Assembly: GCA_043825875.1 (NCBI GenBank)
Contig: JBDRRF010000008.1
Coordinates: 1 to 46,432 of the forward strand
DNA: 46,432 nt
Direction: 5' to 3'
From: Pseudomonadota bacterium
GTDB taxonomy: Bacteria > Desulfobacterota > Desulfobacteria > Desulfobacterales > RPRI01
A model generated the notes under the pieces. The model was not told where the DNA came from, ran no database searches, and saw only the letters and a list, made by a program, of their open reading frames with translations. Below, piece by piece: positions 1-10,976 of the stretch. The position numbers were made by a program, and so were the translations under genes. Every line of letters begins with the position of its first letter. Positions within the stretch are counted from its first letter, which is position 1.

Positions 1-12
1 GATAGTATATCG

Positions 13-44
13 CTTGAACCCTTGAAGCCTCGAATCCTTGAACC
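13..44. repeat. Short tandem octamer repeat (CTTGAACC-like x4)
   Basis: cttgaacc cttgaagc ctcgaatc cttgaacc. Confidence 0.5.
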
Positions 45-65
45 CTTTTTCACAAGGAACCAAAT

Positions 66-977
66 ATGAAAAAACCGTTAATAACTTTGTTTATATTAAT
101 CACCTTCCTTCTATTTTCCGGCTGTGCGATCAGGACACCGCAGATAAACGGTCTTGTGCTGGATGAAGAAACTAAGCAACCTGTGCCTGAGGCGTGGGTG
201 ACATCGCTGATAGGAATTAGAACTACAACTATTGCAGGCAAAGTCAATTCAACATTAACTGTAAATCAACCTCATACCAGAACAGACAAGGAAGGAAAAT
301 TTATGATTCCTTCAAAGAAAATTGACAAACCTCCTTTTCCAATCGGCTTTGGTACAGATATAAATTATTATGGTGTAAGCGCCAGAACATCCGATTACAG
401 AGGCGGTGGTTTGAATTTAAAAGACAAGATAGGATCAGAGAGTGATGTTGAGGTAACTATATATATAGGCAGTGTATATAAAGATGATGAAAAGCGTATT
501 GCAGCTTACATCAAAGATGGAATTAAAAAGGAAAGAGCAATAGAAATAATAGAAAGCGAACGATTTGCATCTCTTCAAGGTTTATATAGATATTGCGCAA
601 GTGGCCGATTTGCTGTGGAAGTTCCAGCAGTAGAAGGAGGTTGTGACGATTGGGAGCTGGATTATGCTATCAAGAAGTATGAAAGGTATTTAGAGAAAAC
701 AAAAGATGATATAAATAGCGGTTATTATAACGCATTAAATCAATTAGCAGAACTTTATAAAAGAAATAATGAGTATAAGAAAGCTATAGATACTCTGAAA
801 ATAAGAATAAATTTTATAGAAAAACATGGTTTTTTACAATTTGAAGTTTGGCAAAGAAATAAAGCTCAAATTGAGTATAAGATTAATGAATTACAAAATA
901 TGCTATTTCAAAATATAAAATACAAGCGGAGATTATTAACATGCCAAAAAAAATTATTGCTCTTTTATTTTCATTAA
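66..977 (+). CDS. Putative lipoprotein, carboxypeptidase-regulatory-like N-terminal domain and TPR-like C-terminus
   Basis: Signal peptide ending in LFSG-C lipobox; GLVLDEETKQPV...TDKEGKF pattern; helical ALNQLAELY..EYKKAI segment. Confidence 0.6.
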   Translation: MKKPLITLFILITFLLFSGCAIRTPQINGLVLDEETKQPVPEAWVTSLIGIRTTTIAGKVNSTLTVNQPHTRTDKEGKFMIPSKKIDKPPFPIGFGTDINYYGVSARTSDYRGGGLNLKDKIGSESDVEVTIYIGSVYKDDEKRIAAYIKDGIKKERAIEIIESERFASLQGLYRYCASGRFAVEVPAVEGGCDDWELDYAIKKYERYLEKTKDDINSGYYNALNQLAELYKRNNEYKKAIDTLKIRINFIEKHGFLQFEVWQRNKAQIEYKINELQNMLFQNIKYKRRLLTCQKKLLLFYFH

Positions 978-1189
978 TACTTTTATTTTTAATGAGTTTT
1001 TCTGCTTGGGGATATGAAAATAAAGCGAATCGTGTAAATCCATCTGATGAAAAAGACAAAAGACTACGTGAATATACCCGTGATAATGCAGAACTGCCTT
1101 ATGCTAAAACATATGATAAAGGTTACAGAGGCGGGCATGATACCATTATGAATGAAGCCATGCTGTTGAAAAAGAGTGAAAAGAAATAG
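941..1189 (+). CDS. Small secreted hypothetical protein, possibly a fragment
   Basis: GGAG upstream of ATG; hydrophobic signal ending SAWG; only 82 aa. Confidence 0.45.
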   Translation: MPKKIIALLFSLILLFLMSFSAWGYENKANRVNPSDEKDKRLREYTRDNAELPYAKTYDKGYRGGHDTIMNEAMLLKKSEKK

Positions 1190-1221
1190 GGGTCATTCGT
1201 TTTTTAAAGCATGATTTTTAA

Positions 1222-1581
1222 CTATTTTTTCGCACTTTCAATGTCAGTAAACCATTTTATTCTCCAACCCGAATTTGCAGCCGTAGTCTCGAAAAATGAC
1301 TTATAATCCTGATTCTCAGGTACATCAACGACGGCGGAAGGCATTATTCTGACATCCGAAGGGAGGCTCCTGACACGATAATACTCATCGACAATTTTGT
1401 GAGGTCCAGTTGAGGCGCGAACATCGGTTAATACACCTTTGGCATTACTCTCTCGTATGATCTCGATTACTTTAGAACGGAGTTTATCGACATCATCTGC
1501 GGATAGCTCACCTGTAACGACTATATCAACGATTCCTTCGTTCACTGAACTTAAGAGTTGATAATTTTCCTTTTTTACCAT
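1222..1581 (-). CDS. Hypothetical protein, SpoIIAA/STAS-like
   Basis: 119 aa ORF; VLTDVR and FFETTAANSGWRIKWFTDIESA patterns typical of SpoIIAA-like small proteins. Confidence 0.55.
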   Translation of the reverse strand: MVKKENYQLLSSVNEGIVDIVVTGELSADDVDKLRSKVIEIIRESNAKGVLTDVRASTGPHKIVDEYYRVRSLPSDVRIMPSAVVDVPENQDYKSFFETTAANSGWRIKWFTDIESAKK

Positions 1582-1745
1582 AATGCTTTCTATTTACTGC
1601 CCAACGAATAGCGTTTTATCAATTGTCCCGCCTTAAAAAATCCATATAGCTGTATTCTATAGACAATATTTGTAAAATATGCAAGTAATATTTAAGCAAT
1701 CAGGATTGTTGATAAAATGTTGTTGAAGTGAGCCGAACGGATAGG

Positions 1746-1990
1746 TGTTAGCAACAAATAGATTTGTCCTGTTTTATAGCAAATGAATTGTCCGCTTTTC
1801 TGTCCCTGGATAAATGATAAATTTAGAGTCGAAATATCTTCTCTGGTACATAAGGCGAGCGGCGGAGTTACGCTGCCTTTTCCTTCTTTATTTCGTTCAG
1901 TTTTCCTTGCTTGTCATAATCAGCCAATTTGCGTGGTCCATGAAAAATTGCAAGTGAACCATCCATATGCCGGTGGATATGCACCCTAAA
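1746..1990 (-). mobile_element. Right-end remnant of an IS1202-group (ISNCY) insertion sequence
   Basis: Minus strand 1984..1868 reads VHIHRHMDGSLAIFHGPRKLADYDKQGKLNEIKKEKAA*, resembling transposase C-termini; followed by an end with two GGACAA..ATTTG repeats terminating in ACA (TGT at 1746 on +). Confidence 0.7.
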
Positions 1991-2014
1991 CCTTTTTTCC
2001 AAAAAACCAGATAC

Positions 2015-2893
2015 TCAATCACCAAAAAGTACTTTCATCTTTTCTGCCGCAGAGTCAGTAATGGATTTTTTCGCTTTAGCTATCTCAATTGTATTAAGGC
2101 CTAGTATTTTATAAAGAGGAAGAAGGGTTGGCATTTTAGAAGCAATTTCGGAAAGGTGGTTTTCTATTGTTTGGATATCGCCTCTTGCAATAGGCCCGGT
2201 TAAGGCATCTGCTATGCCCATTTTTTCAATATTAGAAAGAGTGCCTTGTATAAGCGGTTTTAAACCCAGAAATGCTTCTTTTGCAGGTACACCGGCTTGA
2301 GCTATCAAGTTTAAAGAAAGGGCAAGCAATGTTACAAGGTAATTTGATGCAACTACTGCTGAAGCATGATAGAGAACTTTCGCATCCGTTTTTATGGAAA
2401 TACATACTGAACCCAAAGCTTTGACAATTAATTTTGCTGCATCAACTGCTTTTTCATCTCCTTCAACCGATGTTACAACGCCTGAAAAAGGATTAATGTC
2501 ATATTCTGTTGTTGATGCAAAGCTTTGTAAAGGATGCACTGATCCTATGCTTGCACCACAGCAGGTTTTTGCAGATAAAAGTATATTTGAAGTAAGAGCT
2601 CCGCTGCAATGAAGTACGATGGAATCGGAGTTAAAGCCTTTATTATCGGCAATTTTTTTGCAAACATCTTCAATAACACCATCCGGTGTAGTAATAAATA
2701 CTATATCTGCTTTATTTGTTACTTCCCAAAGAATATCTGTGAAATTATCACTGCCAATCAATTCCGCTGTTCTTTTGGCTGATGAGAGACTTTTACTGGC
2801 AAAACCGGTTGGGACATATCCGGCGTTTGCAAGAAATTTAGCAAGTGCAGTGCCTACCCTTCCGCATCCAACTATTGAAAATGAAGGTTTCAT
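2015..2893 (-). CDS. Rossmann-like/DUF2520 oxidoreductase (PanG-like ketopantoate reductase family)
   Basis: GCGRVG, HCSGA, HPLQSF, YHASAVVASN, LTGPIARGD motifs. Confidence 0.85.
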   Translation of the reverse strand: MKPSFSIVGCGRVGTALAKFLANAGYVPTGFASKSLSSAKRTAELIGSDNFTDILWEVTNKADIVFITTPDGVIEDVCKKIADNKGFNSDSIVLHCSGALTSNILLSAKTCCGASIGSVHPLQSFASTTEYDINPFSGVVTSVEGDEKAVDAAKLIVKALGSVCISIKTDAKVLYHASAVVASNYLVTLLALSLNLIAQAGVPAKEAFLGLKPLIQGTLSNIEKMGIADALTGPIARGDIQTIENHLSEIASKMPTLLPLYKILGLNTIEIAKAKKSITDSAAEKMKVLFGD

Positions 2894-3022
2894 AGATTCT
2901 TACCTTTATTGCTGCTCAGCTTCTTTTAATATACAAAGGGGAATAATACTTATTACAAGGCCTTTAACATGAATAATGCATATTGTTCAAGAAATAATCT
3001 GTAGTTAATACCAGAGCATAGA

Positions 3023-3164
3023 AGCCAGTTTCAAAACGCCCCATTTTGGCCGATCTCTGCGTTGGGCTCAAATTTTAATCCTCGAAATACGCTATGTATT
3101 CCTGTGGTTGAAATTTTCTCCCGCCTTGAGCTTGACCAAACTGAAACGTTTTGAAAGTGGCTCA
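3023..3164 (+). mobile_element. MITE-like ~143 bp element, copy 1
   Basis: Terminal inverted repeats AGCCAGTTTCAAAACG / CGTTTTGAAAGTGGCT; near-identical copies at 43220 and 46290. Confidence 0.85.
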
Positions 3165-3171
3165 TAGATAT

Positions 3172-3210
3172 AAAAAAAGCACTCATGCGTATTTGCATGA
3201 ATGCTTTTTT
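3172..3210 (-). terminator. Rho-independent terminator after csp (bidirectional shape)
   Basis: aaaaaaagca-ctcatgc...gcatgaa-tgctttttt hairpin with A/T tails. Confidence 0.75.
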
Positions 3211-3228
3211 ATTAAAAATATAAACTAA

Positions 3229-3429
3229 TTATATCTTGGTCACATTTGATGCGCCCGGTCCTTTAGGTCCGTTTACGACATCGAATGTTACACGGTCGCC
3301 TTCAGAAAGCGATTTAAATCCGCTTGCATTGATAGCTGAATGATGAACAAATACATCATTACCATCTTCTTGTTCAATAAAACCAAAACCTTTGCGGTCA
3401 TTGAACCATTTTACAGTTCCATTTGCCAT
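3229..3429 (-). CDS. csp: Cold-shock protein (CspA family)
   Basis: GTVKWFN, KGFGFI (RNP1), VFVHHSAI (RNP2); AAGGAGG RBS. Confidence 0.97.
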   Translation of the reverse strand: MANGTVKWFNDRKGFGFIEQEDGNDVFVHHSAINASGFKSLSEGDRVTFDVVNGPKGPGASNVTKI

Positions 3430-3556
3430 AGTGTTTTCCTCCTTTCAAAAAATATAATCAAGGTCCCCACTACAGGCTGTCACTTTGACAATATGGAACA
3501 ACCCTTTCGTTTGAAACCGATTTGCAATACTGTGCAAATCTTTACTGATTTCGCAT

Positions 3557-3585
3557 AAAATAATGTATCTATATCAAGCTGTCAA
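3557..3585 (-). promoter_or_regulatory. Putative sigma70 promoter for csp
   Basis: Minus strand TTGACA-N17-TATTTT. Confidence 0.45.
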
Positions 3586-3613
3586 GATAAATCTACGTTA
3601 TTTCTAAAATATA

Positions 3614-4009
3614 TTAAAGATTAAGAAGTCTTTTCACGCTTTCGGTAATCTGCTCCGGCGATGCCGGTTTCGGCATATAATCATCTGCTTCCATGCTCAT
3701 TCCATCATAATGCGAATAACGTGTTGAGGTAACATGTGATGCAACTGAAGTTAAAAGAACGATAGGGATATCGGAATACTGCTTGTCACTTTTTAATTCC
3801 GAACATACCTGATAACCATCAACCTCTGGCATCATAACATCAAGAACAATTGCATCGGGAGGATTTTCTTTGACCTTGGCAAGACCTTCAGCGCCATCGT
3901 AAGCAAGCTCAACATCAAAACCCTCTTTTTCAAGATTCTTTTTTAAAATCATGGAAAAATCAGGCTCATCATCTACCAAAAGAATTCTCTTCTTACCGTT
4001 CATAGCCAC
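3614..4009 (-). CDS. Single-domain response regulator receiver
   Basis: LLVDDE, VLDVMMPEVDG, LLT, YMPKP motifs. Confidence 0.92.
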   Translation of the reverse strand: MAMNGKKRILLVDDEPDFSMILKKNLEKEGFDVELAYDGAEGLAKVKENPPDAIVLDVMMPEVDGYQVCSELKSDKQYSDIPIVLLTSVASHVTSTRYSHYDGMSMEADDYMPKPASPEQITESVKRLLNL

Positions 4010-4114
4010 CCCCTTTTGTAGGTTACAGTAAATTGTACCATGTTGCCGCTCAATATTATAGCAAAAACTTTTTTTGTTTAATTGGCTTAATTATAATATA
4101 TTAATAAGTGATAA

Positions 4115-5047
4115 TCAACTAATTACAGGTCTTGGATAAAGACCTGCACTTTCAACTATTCCAGGGACCTTTTCTTCCCATTCAATAGCCATCACATGAA
4201 ATCCCTTTACACCTTCAACTTCCTTTAAACGCTGGATCGATTCGATACATATCTTTATTCCTTCTTCCGGCTGTTTTTCTTTTGGGGTATCGGACATTCT
4301 TTTTACTACCTCATCTGGAACATCCATACCGGGAACCCGGTTTTTCATATATTTCGCCATACCCGCGGATTTTAAAGGTGTTACTCCTGCTAAAATATAT
4401 ACTTTTTCATGCAGCCCTCTGTCGCGTACCATCTTCATCCACAGCTCAAATTTATCAAGATTATAAATGCACTGCGTCTGGATAAATTCAACGCCTGCGG
4501 CAATTTTTTTCGCAAGTCGAGGAACTCTTATCTCAAAAGGATCAGCAAAAGGATTAGCTGCAGCCCCCACAAACATCTTTGGCGGGCGCTCTATGTTATC
4601 ACCTCCTAAAAATTTTCCTTCATCACGCATATGTCTTACCGTTTGAATAAGCTGTATTGAATCAAGATCATGCACATTTTGTCCCTGGGCGCAATCTCCA
4701 AAACTCTGGTGATCTCCTGAAAGGCAAAGCATATTAACAATATCAAAGGCAGCGGCTCCCAGTATATCGCTTTGCATTGCAATCCTGTTTCTGTCGCGGG
4801 TTACCATCTGTAAAATTGGTTCAAGCCCCATCAGTTTCAATTTTATGCATGCAGCAAGGCTGCAAAGCCTTGTAACCGATGTTTGATTATCTGTTATGTT
4901 GATTGCATCCACATGGTCTTTTATAAGATTCGCTTTATTTTCAATATGTGTTATATCGCTGCCGCGCGGAGGTCCACACTCCGAAGTTACGGCAAGATGC
5001 CCTGCTGCAAGAATTTTTTCCAGTTTGCTGGGTGTTTTGCAATTCAT
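4115..5047 (-). CDS. metF: Methylenetetrahydrofolate reductase (MetF, MetV-associated type), copy 1
   Basis: ECGPPRG, NITDNQ, RDRNRIAMQSD, LSGDH, FIQTQ. Confidence 0.93.
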   Translation of the reverse strand: MNCKTPSKLEKILAAGHLAVTSECGPPRGSDITHIENKANLIKDHVDAINITDNQTSVTRLCSLAACIKLKLMGLEPILQMVTRDRNRIAMQSDILGAAAFDIVNMLCLSGDHQSFGDCAQGQNVHDLDSIQLIQTVRHMRDEGKFLGGDNIERPPKMFVGAAANPFADPFEIRVPRLAKKIAAGVEFIQTQCIYNLDKFELWMKMVRDRGLHEKVYILAGVTPLKSAGMAKYMKNRVPGMDVPDEVVKRMSDTPKEKQPEEGIKICIESIQRLKEVEGVKGFHVMAIEWEEKVPGIVESAGLYPRPVIS

Positions 5048-5712
5048 AACTGCACATCCTCCCTTGCCACTTTACGGGGTCCTCCGGCTCTATCGGTAGA
5101 CCAGTCTTTCAAAGGAATAATAGTTTCAAAATCATCAAGTTTGCCAAGCACCTTTAAACGGTCAACTATCAACTGCCATGCGCAGTCAAGCTCCTTGCTT
5201 ATTTCGCACTTACCCTTTGTGGAACCGCCACAGGGACCGTTTAACAGCCTTTTTGCGCATCTTGAAACAGGACAGATACCCGCTGTTTTTGAAAGAATGC
5301 ATTTTCCGCAAGCCTGACATCTTTCAGTCCATAAACCGCGTTTGTCAGTAACACCTAAAAAGCAGGTATTAACTCCCGGATATACCGGTATGCTCTGATA
5401 CTTTTCTGCTGTAAACTGAACACCCACCCCACAAGCAAGAGATAAAACGGCTTCATATTTATCAACGTTGTCACGTATTTCTTCGAGGTACTCGTGATCG
5501 CATTGACGCTCTAAAGTAATTTCATCAATCTTTACTTCTTTACCTTTGTTGAGAAAGTACATCCGAAGCGCTGATGCCAGAATCCCTACTTCTTTTTTAC
5601 CGCCGGCCTCACAAACCGTCACACATTCGTTGCAGCCCAGTATCAATATTTTATTGTAATTTTTCAGATCCTCGATAATCTCTTCTATCGGCTTTTTATC
5701 AGCTACAATCAT
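5044..5712 (-). CDS. metV: MetV subunit (MTHFR C-terminal-domain Fe-S/Zn protein), copy 1
   Basis: GCNECVTVC, ERQC, ACGVG, RCQACGKC, CPVSRCAKRLLNGPCGG, CAW; ATGA overlap with metF. Confidence 0.92.
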   Translation of the reverse strand: MIVADKKPIEEIIEDLKNYNKILILGCNECVTVCEAGGKKEVGILASALRMYFLNKGKEVKIDEITLERQCDHEYLEEIRDNVDKYEAVLSLACGVGVQFTAEKYQSIPVYPGVNTCFLGVTDKRGLWTERCQACGKCILSKTAGICPVSRCAKRLLNGPCGGSTKGKCEISKELDCAWQLIVDRLKVLGKLDDFETIIPLKDWSTDRAGGPRKVAREDVQL

Positions 5713-5756
5713 ATTTAGTGCCCTCTCCTTTCTTCTTTTGTTATACCGGTAGGCAA

Positions 5757-5815
5757 GCGGGGTGTAAAACCCCGCCCTACATCATCTTCCGTAGGGCAGC
5801 ATTTTATATGCCGCC
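5757..5815. repeat. GTAG-type REP pair
   Basis: Minus GTAG-GGCGGGG-TTTTACA-CCCCGC (5780..5757) and plus GTAG-GGCAGCA-TTTTATA-TGCCGCC (5791..5815). Confidence 0.75.
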
Positions 5816-5900
5816 AACGATATTCTTCCTCTCTCCTTAAGGAGAAAAACGTGGTGATGGGTATGTACACTTATCTTCGACATCTACTATAGTTCATAAC

Positions 5901-6335
5901 TTAAGCTGCTTTGTTTTTGGCGGCAACTTTAATAGGATTCGGACCAAGTTTTCTTATAAGCTCATCTATTTCAATAGCGTACTGTGCAAACCTCGGCCCT
6001 TCGGCTGAAGAAAGATTTCTCATCTGAACCCTTTCTCCTCCTATCCCAATTTTATCAAGGATTTGTTGGGCCTGTTCAATTCTCTTTCTTGCCCTTAGGT
6101 TTCCACTGTTGTAATGGCATTCACCTTCCATGCAACCTACGGCATATACTCCATCAGCTCCTTTTTCAAAGGCACGCATAATATGAAGTATATCAACTTT
6201 TCCGGTACATGGGACACGTATGATTTTAATATTGGTAGGATAAGTTAACCTCATGGAACCTGCCAGGTCCGCAGCAGTATAGCCTCAGTAATTACAGCAA
6301 AAAGCAATGATAACCGGTTCAAAATCCTGATTCAT
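5901..6335 (-). CDS. mvhD: MvhD-like [2Fe-2S] subunit, selenoprotein (Sec17), copy 1, 144 aa
   Basis: ATG at 6335 overlaps the hdrA stop; MNQDFEPVIIAFCCNY-TGA(6287..6285)-GYTAADLAGSM continues in frame into ORF 5901..6254 (VPCTGKVD, GCMEGECHY). Confidence 0.92.
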
Positions 6336-9300
6336 AGAACTCCTTCCAGCAAGGCTTCAACCTTGCTTAATATCTGATCATCCTCATACCAGTTCAATTC
6401 TATGGCCTTTGCCGGACATTCGGCTGCACACACACCACAACCATGACAAAGAGCAACATCTATTTCGCTCACTCCTTCAGCATTGATTTTTGGGACACCA
6501 TAAGGACAAGACCTTACGCATATAAGACATGATGCGCATTTTTCACCTTCCACATAGGCAGTAACAGCAGAAAGTGTTAATTGATCCTGAGAAAGGAATG
6601 TAGTTGCTCTGGAAGCGGCAGCCAAAGCCTGAGCAATTGACTCCGAAAGCAATTTAGGACTGTGTGCCGTTCCGCACACAAAAACTCCTTCGGTTGCCAT
6701 ATCTACGGGTTTTAGCTTTACATGGGCTTCCAGCAGATAACCTTCGGCGTTTAATGCAAGCTTTACAATGGAAGACAATTCAGTGATGTCTGTGGGCCTC
6801 AGGCCTGCACTTAAAGCAAGAATATCTGCTGAAACCTTAAGACGTTTTCCTAAAATATGATCCCTGAAAGTTACCATAAGGCCTTCTTCAGTTGATTCTA
6901 CTTCCGGCATTTCATCGGGAGTATAACGGAAGAAGAAAACACCTTTTCTTCTTGCTTCAGTGTAATAATCCTCAAGAAGTCCATATGTCCTCATGTCTCT
7001 GTACAAAACATAGACATTGACATCAGGGTCAAGCTCTTTAATGTGGATTGCATTTTTTATAGCGCTCTGGCAACATATTCTGGAGCAATTCGGATTCTCA
7101 TCATTTCTTGACCCGACACACTGAATCATAACAACACTTTCAACTCCTTCGACAGCATTTTCTTCTTCAAGTTTCTGCGCCAGTTCTACCTGAGTAATTA
7201 CTTTTGGATCTTGTCCGTACAAATATTCTTTTGGGATATACTCATTTGCTCCAGTTGCAAGAATTACAACTCCATGATCGATTTTTCTTTCATACATACC
7301 GGGGCCCACAATAACTTCTGTAGTAAAATTCCCTTTAAACCCGGAGAACCCGACTATAAGAGACTGGGTTAAGATTTGTATTTTAGAATGATCTGATACT
7401 TTTTTTATAAGGTCAGAAAGATAAACTCCTATCTTTTCTCCCTCAATGGTTGAAGTAAGCCGGTTTGCCATGCCACCAAGCTTAGGTTCTTTTTCAATAA
7501 TGACCGTTTCAAAGCCCTGGTCCGCAAGACCAAGCGCTGCATTCATTCCAGATACTCCTCCGCCTATAACAAGTGCCCTTTTATTGACGGGAATTTTCTT
7601 TTCATGAAGAGGGTTAAGTGTTGCAGCCCTTGCAACCGCCATTTTAACAAGTTTTTTTGCCTTTTCGGTTGCCTTAACAGGGTCATTGGAATGAGCCCAT
7701 GAATCCTGATTGCGTATATTTGCCATTTCAAATAGATATTTATTCAAACCACAGGCTTCAAGGGTATCCATGAATATTCCTTCATGGGTTTTAGGCGTAC
7801 AAGCCGCAACAACAACTCTGTTAAGCTCTTTCTCTTTTATAATCTCTTTCATCCTGTCTTGAGAATCCTGGGAACAGGTAAAAAGATTATTTCCCGTAAA
7901 AACCACATAAGGAAGGGTAGAAGCAAATTTTGCCAAATCATTTATATCTACCACACCGGAAATATTTACACCGCAATTGCAAACAAACACTCCTACTCTG
8001 GGGTCTTTTCCGGTTAAATCAATTTCATCAGGTATAAGGACTGTTTTTGTTCTTGTGCCTCTTGCCGCATCAAGTCTGCCTCCAGCAGCACACGCGGCTG
8101 CGCTTGCTTCTGTCACTGAACTTGGAATATCCTTTGGGCCCTGGAAAATTCCGCAGGCATATACTCCCTGCCTTGATGTTTCAACAGGTGTGAAAGGTTT
8201 ATTTTTGGCAAAACCGTATTTATCAACATCTATATTCAGCCGTTTTGCCAGATCAAGCGTGGATTGCGGGATTTTAAGGCCTATAGAAAGCACAACCATG
8301 TCAAATTCTTCTTCCTGCATCATGCCCGATTCATCCGCATATTTTATTTTAAGATTTTGACTTTCTTTAACCTCCTCCAAAGTGTGAACGCGCGCTTTTA
8401 TAAAACGGACTCCGTCTTTGTCTTTTGCTTTATTGTAGTATTTCTCGTAATCCTTTCCAAAGGTGCGCATATCCATATTAAATACAGCACAATCAAGGTT
8501 GCCGTGTGAATGCTCTTTTGCAATCATTGCTTCTTTAACCGCATACATGCAGCACACAGAAGAACAATAGCCGTTCCCGCATTTATTGTTATCTCTTGAA
8601 CCAATGCATTGAAGCCATGCGATTTTTTTAGGCTCTTTATTATCACTCAGCCTTACAAGATGCCCCATTGTTGGGCCCGATGCGCTTAATATTCTTTCAA
8701 ATTCAAGGCTGGTCATAACATTCGGGCTTGTCTTATAATGATAATGTTCATCAAGAGATGATGGATCAAAAGTATCGGTTCCAGGGCAAAGTATTACGGA
8801 ACCAACCTCTATTTGTTTTTCAACAACACTCTGGCTGTGATCGACAGCTTCGGCAAGACAAGCCTCTACGCACTGGAAACATTCACAGCAGTAACCGCAG
8901 TTAAGACACCTTTGGGCTTCGGCTTTTCCTTCTTCTTCACAAAAGCCAAGCTCAACTTCCTTAAAATTACCGGCCCGTTTTTCAATGGAAAGCTCCGGCA
9001 TTTCAGCTCTTGTTTTTATGGGTTCGTTCTCAGGAACCGGCCTGTATATCGGATTTTCGTTTGTAATTGGTTCCCGGCCTTCGGACATATCTTTTCCATC
9101 AAGATATCTTAGAATGGATTCGGCTGCTTCTTTTCCTGCTGCAATTGCTTTAATAGCCGTAGCAGCACCTGATACTGCGTCACCGCCTGCAAATATTTTC
9201 GGAATATTTGTCTGAAAGGTAACCGCATCAACAGAGATTGTTCCTTTCTTGCCAATTTCAAGTTTTATTGGCAGTTTTGATTTCTCGACATTTTGACCAA

Positions 9301-10762
9301 TGGCTATTATTACTTGATCAGCATCTAAAATAAAATCTGATCCTTTAATCGGTATGGGGCTGCATCTGCCGCTGCTATCCGGTTCTCCAAGTTCCATGCG
9401 GATGCAGCGTAATCCTGTCACCCTTTCTTCCGAAGTCAAAATCTCCTGAGGTGCGGCAAGATAGGTTATTTCGGCTCCTTCTGTTTCAGCGGCATGGATT
9501 TCTTCTTCCCAGGCAGGCATTTCGGCGCGGGTTCTTCTGTATATTATATTGACCTTTTCGGCTCCAAGCCTTGCGGCGCATCTTGCAACATCTATGGCGA
9601 CATTGCCGCCGCCTATGATAGCAACTTTTTTGCCTACTTCTGATTTTCCGGTAAGGTTTACTTCCCTTAAGAAATCAACTCCCTGTCGCACTCCTTTTGC
9701 TTTTTCTCCGGAAACGCCAAGATCAAAACCTTTGTGCGCACCAATCGCTATATAAACAGATTTATAGCCTTCAGAAAACAGGTCTTCTACAGTCAGATCA
9801 GGGCCAAGAGGAGTATTGGTTTTAATTTCAACGCCAAGATTTGTTATTACCTCTATTTCATTGTCAAGAACATCTCTGGGAAGCCTGTGCTCCGGTATGC
9901 CGACCCTTAACATACCTCCGGCCTTGGGAAGTGCTTCGAATATGGTGGAAAGCACACCTTTACGTGCAAGTTGATATGCAGCAGATAGTCCCGCCGGACC
10001 TGATCCGATGATTGCGACCTTTTCATCTCTTTTGGGAAGAGTTTTGATCTCGATTTGTCTCGGATCGAATTTATCCGCGGCAAGCCTTTTGAGATTGCGT
10101 ATTGCAACAGGATGATCCACTTCACACCTGCGGCAGGAGTCTTCGCATCCATGAGGACATATTCTTCCAAGAACACCCGGTAAAGGCAAATCCTCCATAA
10201 TTATCTGAAGGGCTTCTTTATATTTACCCTGACCTACCATCTGGACATAGCCCTGAACATTAAGTCCTGCCGGACATGTAAGCCGGCAAGGGGCTTTATC
10301 GCTTTTCCGGATAGCATAAGCTCCGGGAATAGCCTGCGCGTATTGCTTATAAGCGGCTTTATTCACTGAGAGGTTTTCATCATATTCATTGGATAAGACT
10401 ACCGGACAGACCTTTGTGCATTCGCCACAACTTGTACATTTTGAAAGATCGATAAAGCGAGGATTTTGTTTTACTGTTGCCTGAAAGCTTCCCTGTTCTC
10501 CTTTAAGTTCAAGGAGTTCGGAATTCATCATAAGTTCAATGTTCAAATGCCGGCCGACCTCGACCAGTTTAGGAGAAATTACTCACATCGCACAATCATT
10601 TGTAGGAAATGTCTTGTCAAGCTGCGACATGAGACCGCCAATGGCGGATGTTTTTTCAAGCAGATATACATAATATCCGGAATTAGCAAGATCGAGAGCG
10701 GACTGCATTCCTGCGATTCCCCCTCCCACAACCATAACAGATCCAACGATTCGTTCAGCCAT
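6332..10762 (-). CDS. hdrA: HdrL-type heterodisulfide reductase A subunit with GltD-like insert, selenoprotein (Sec60), 1476 aa
   Basis: AAGGAG then ATG at 10762; MAERIVGSVMVVGGGIAG...[15 protein letters not shown](10585..10583)[14 protein letters not shown] in frame with ORF 6332..10546. Confidence 0.93.
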
Positions 10763-10892
10763 GCGGTGCTCCTTATCTAAATCTAAGAATAAAGGTATAA
10801 AACTCCGGTACCAGCTGATTACTATCTATTGATATTATATTGTTCGGAATACATTAACTGAATCTGATTATTTTTTTGAGCGGTTTTATAAA

Positions 10893-10921
10893 AATATATA
10901 AGATACCCCGTAAGCAGTCAA
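10893..10921 (-). promoter_or_regulatory. Putative sigma70 promoter for the left hdr operon
   Basis: Minus strand TTGACT-N17-TATATT. Confidence 0.5.
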
Positions 10922-10976
10922 GCAAAAACAATCGATTCGACAATGGATTGTTTTATCTTGAATCCTAAATTGCATC

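Noticed and set aside
1783..1989. 68 aa plus-strand ORF
   Set aside because: It is the antisense shadow of the IS remnant.
3548..3575. dif/Xer-like site (atttcgcataa)
   Set aside because: The XerD arm matches poorly and the segment is explained as the csp promoter region.
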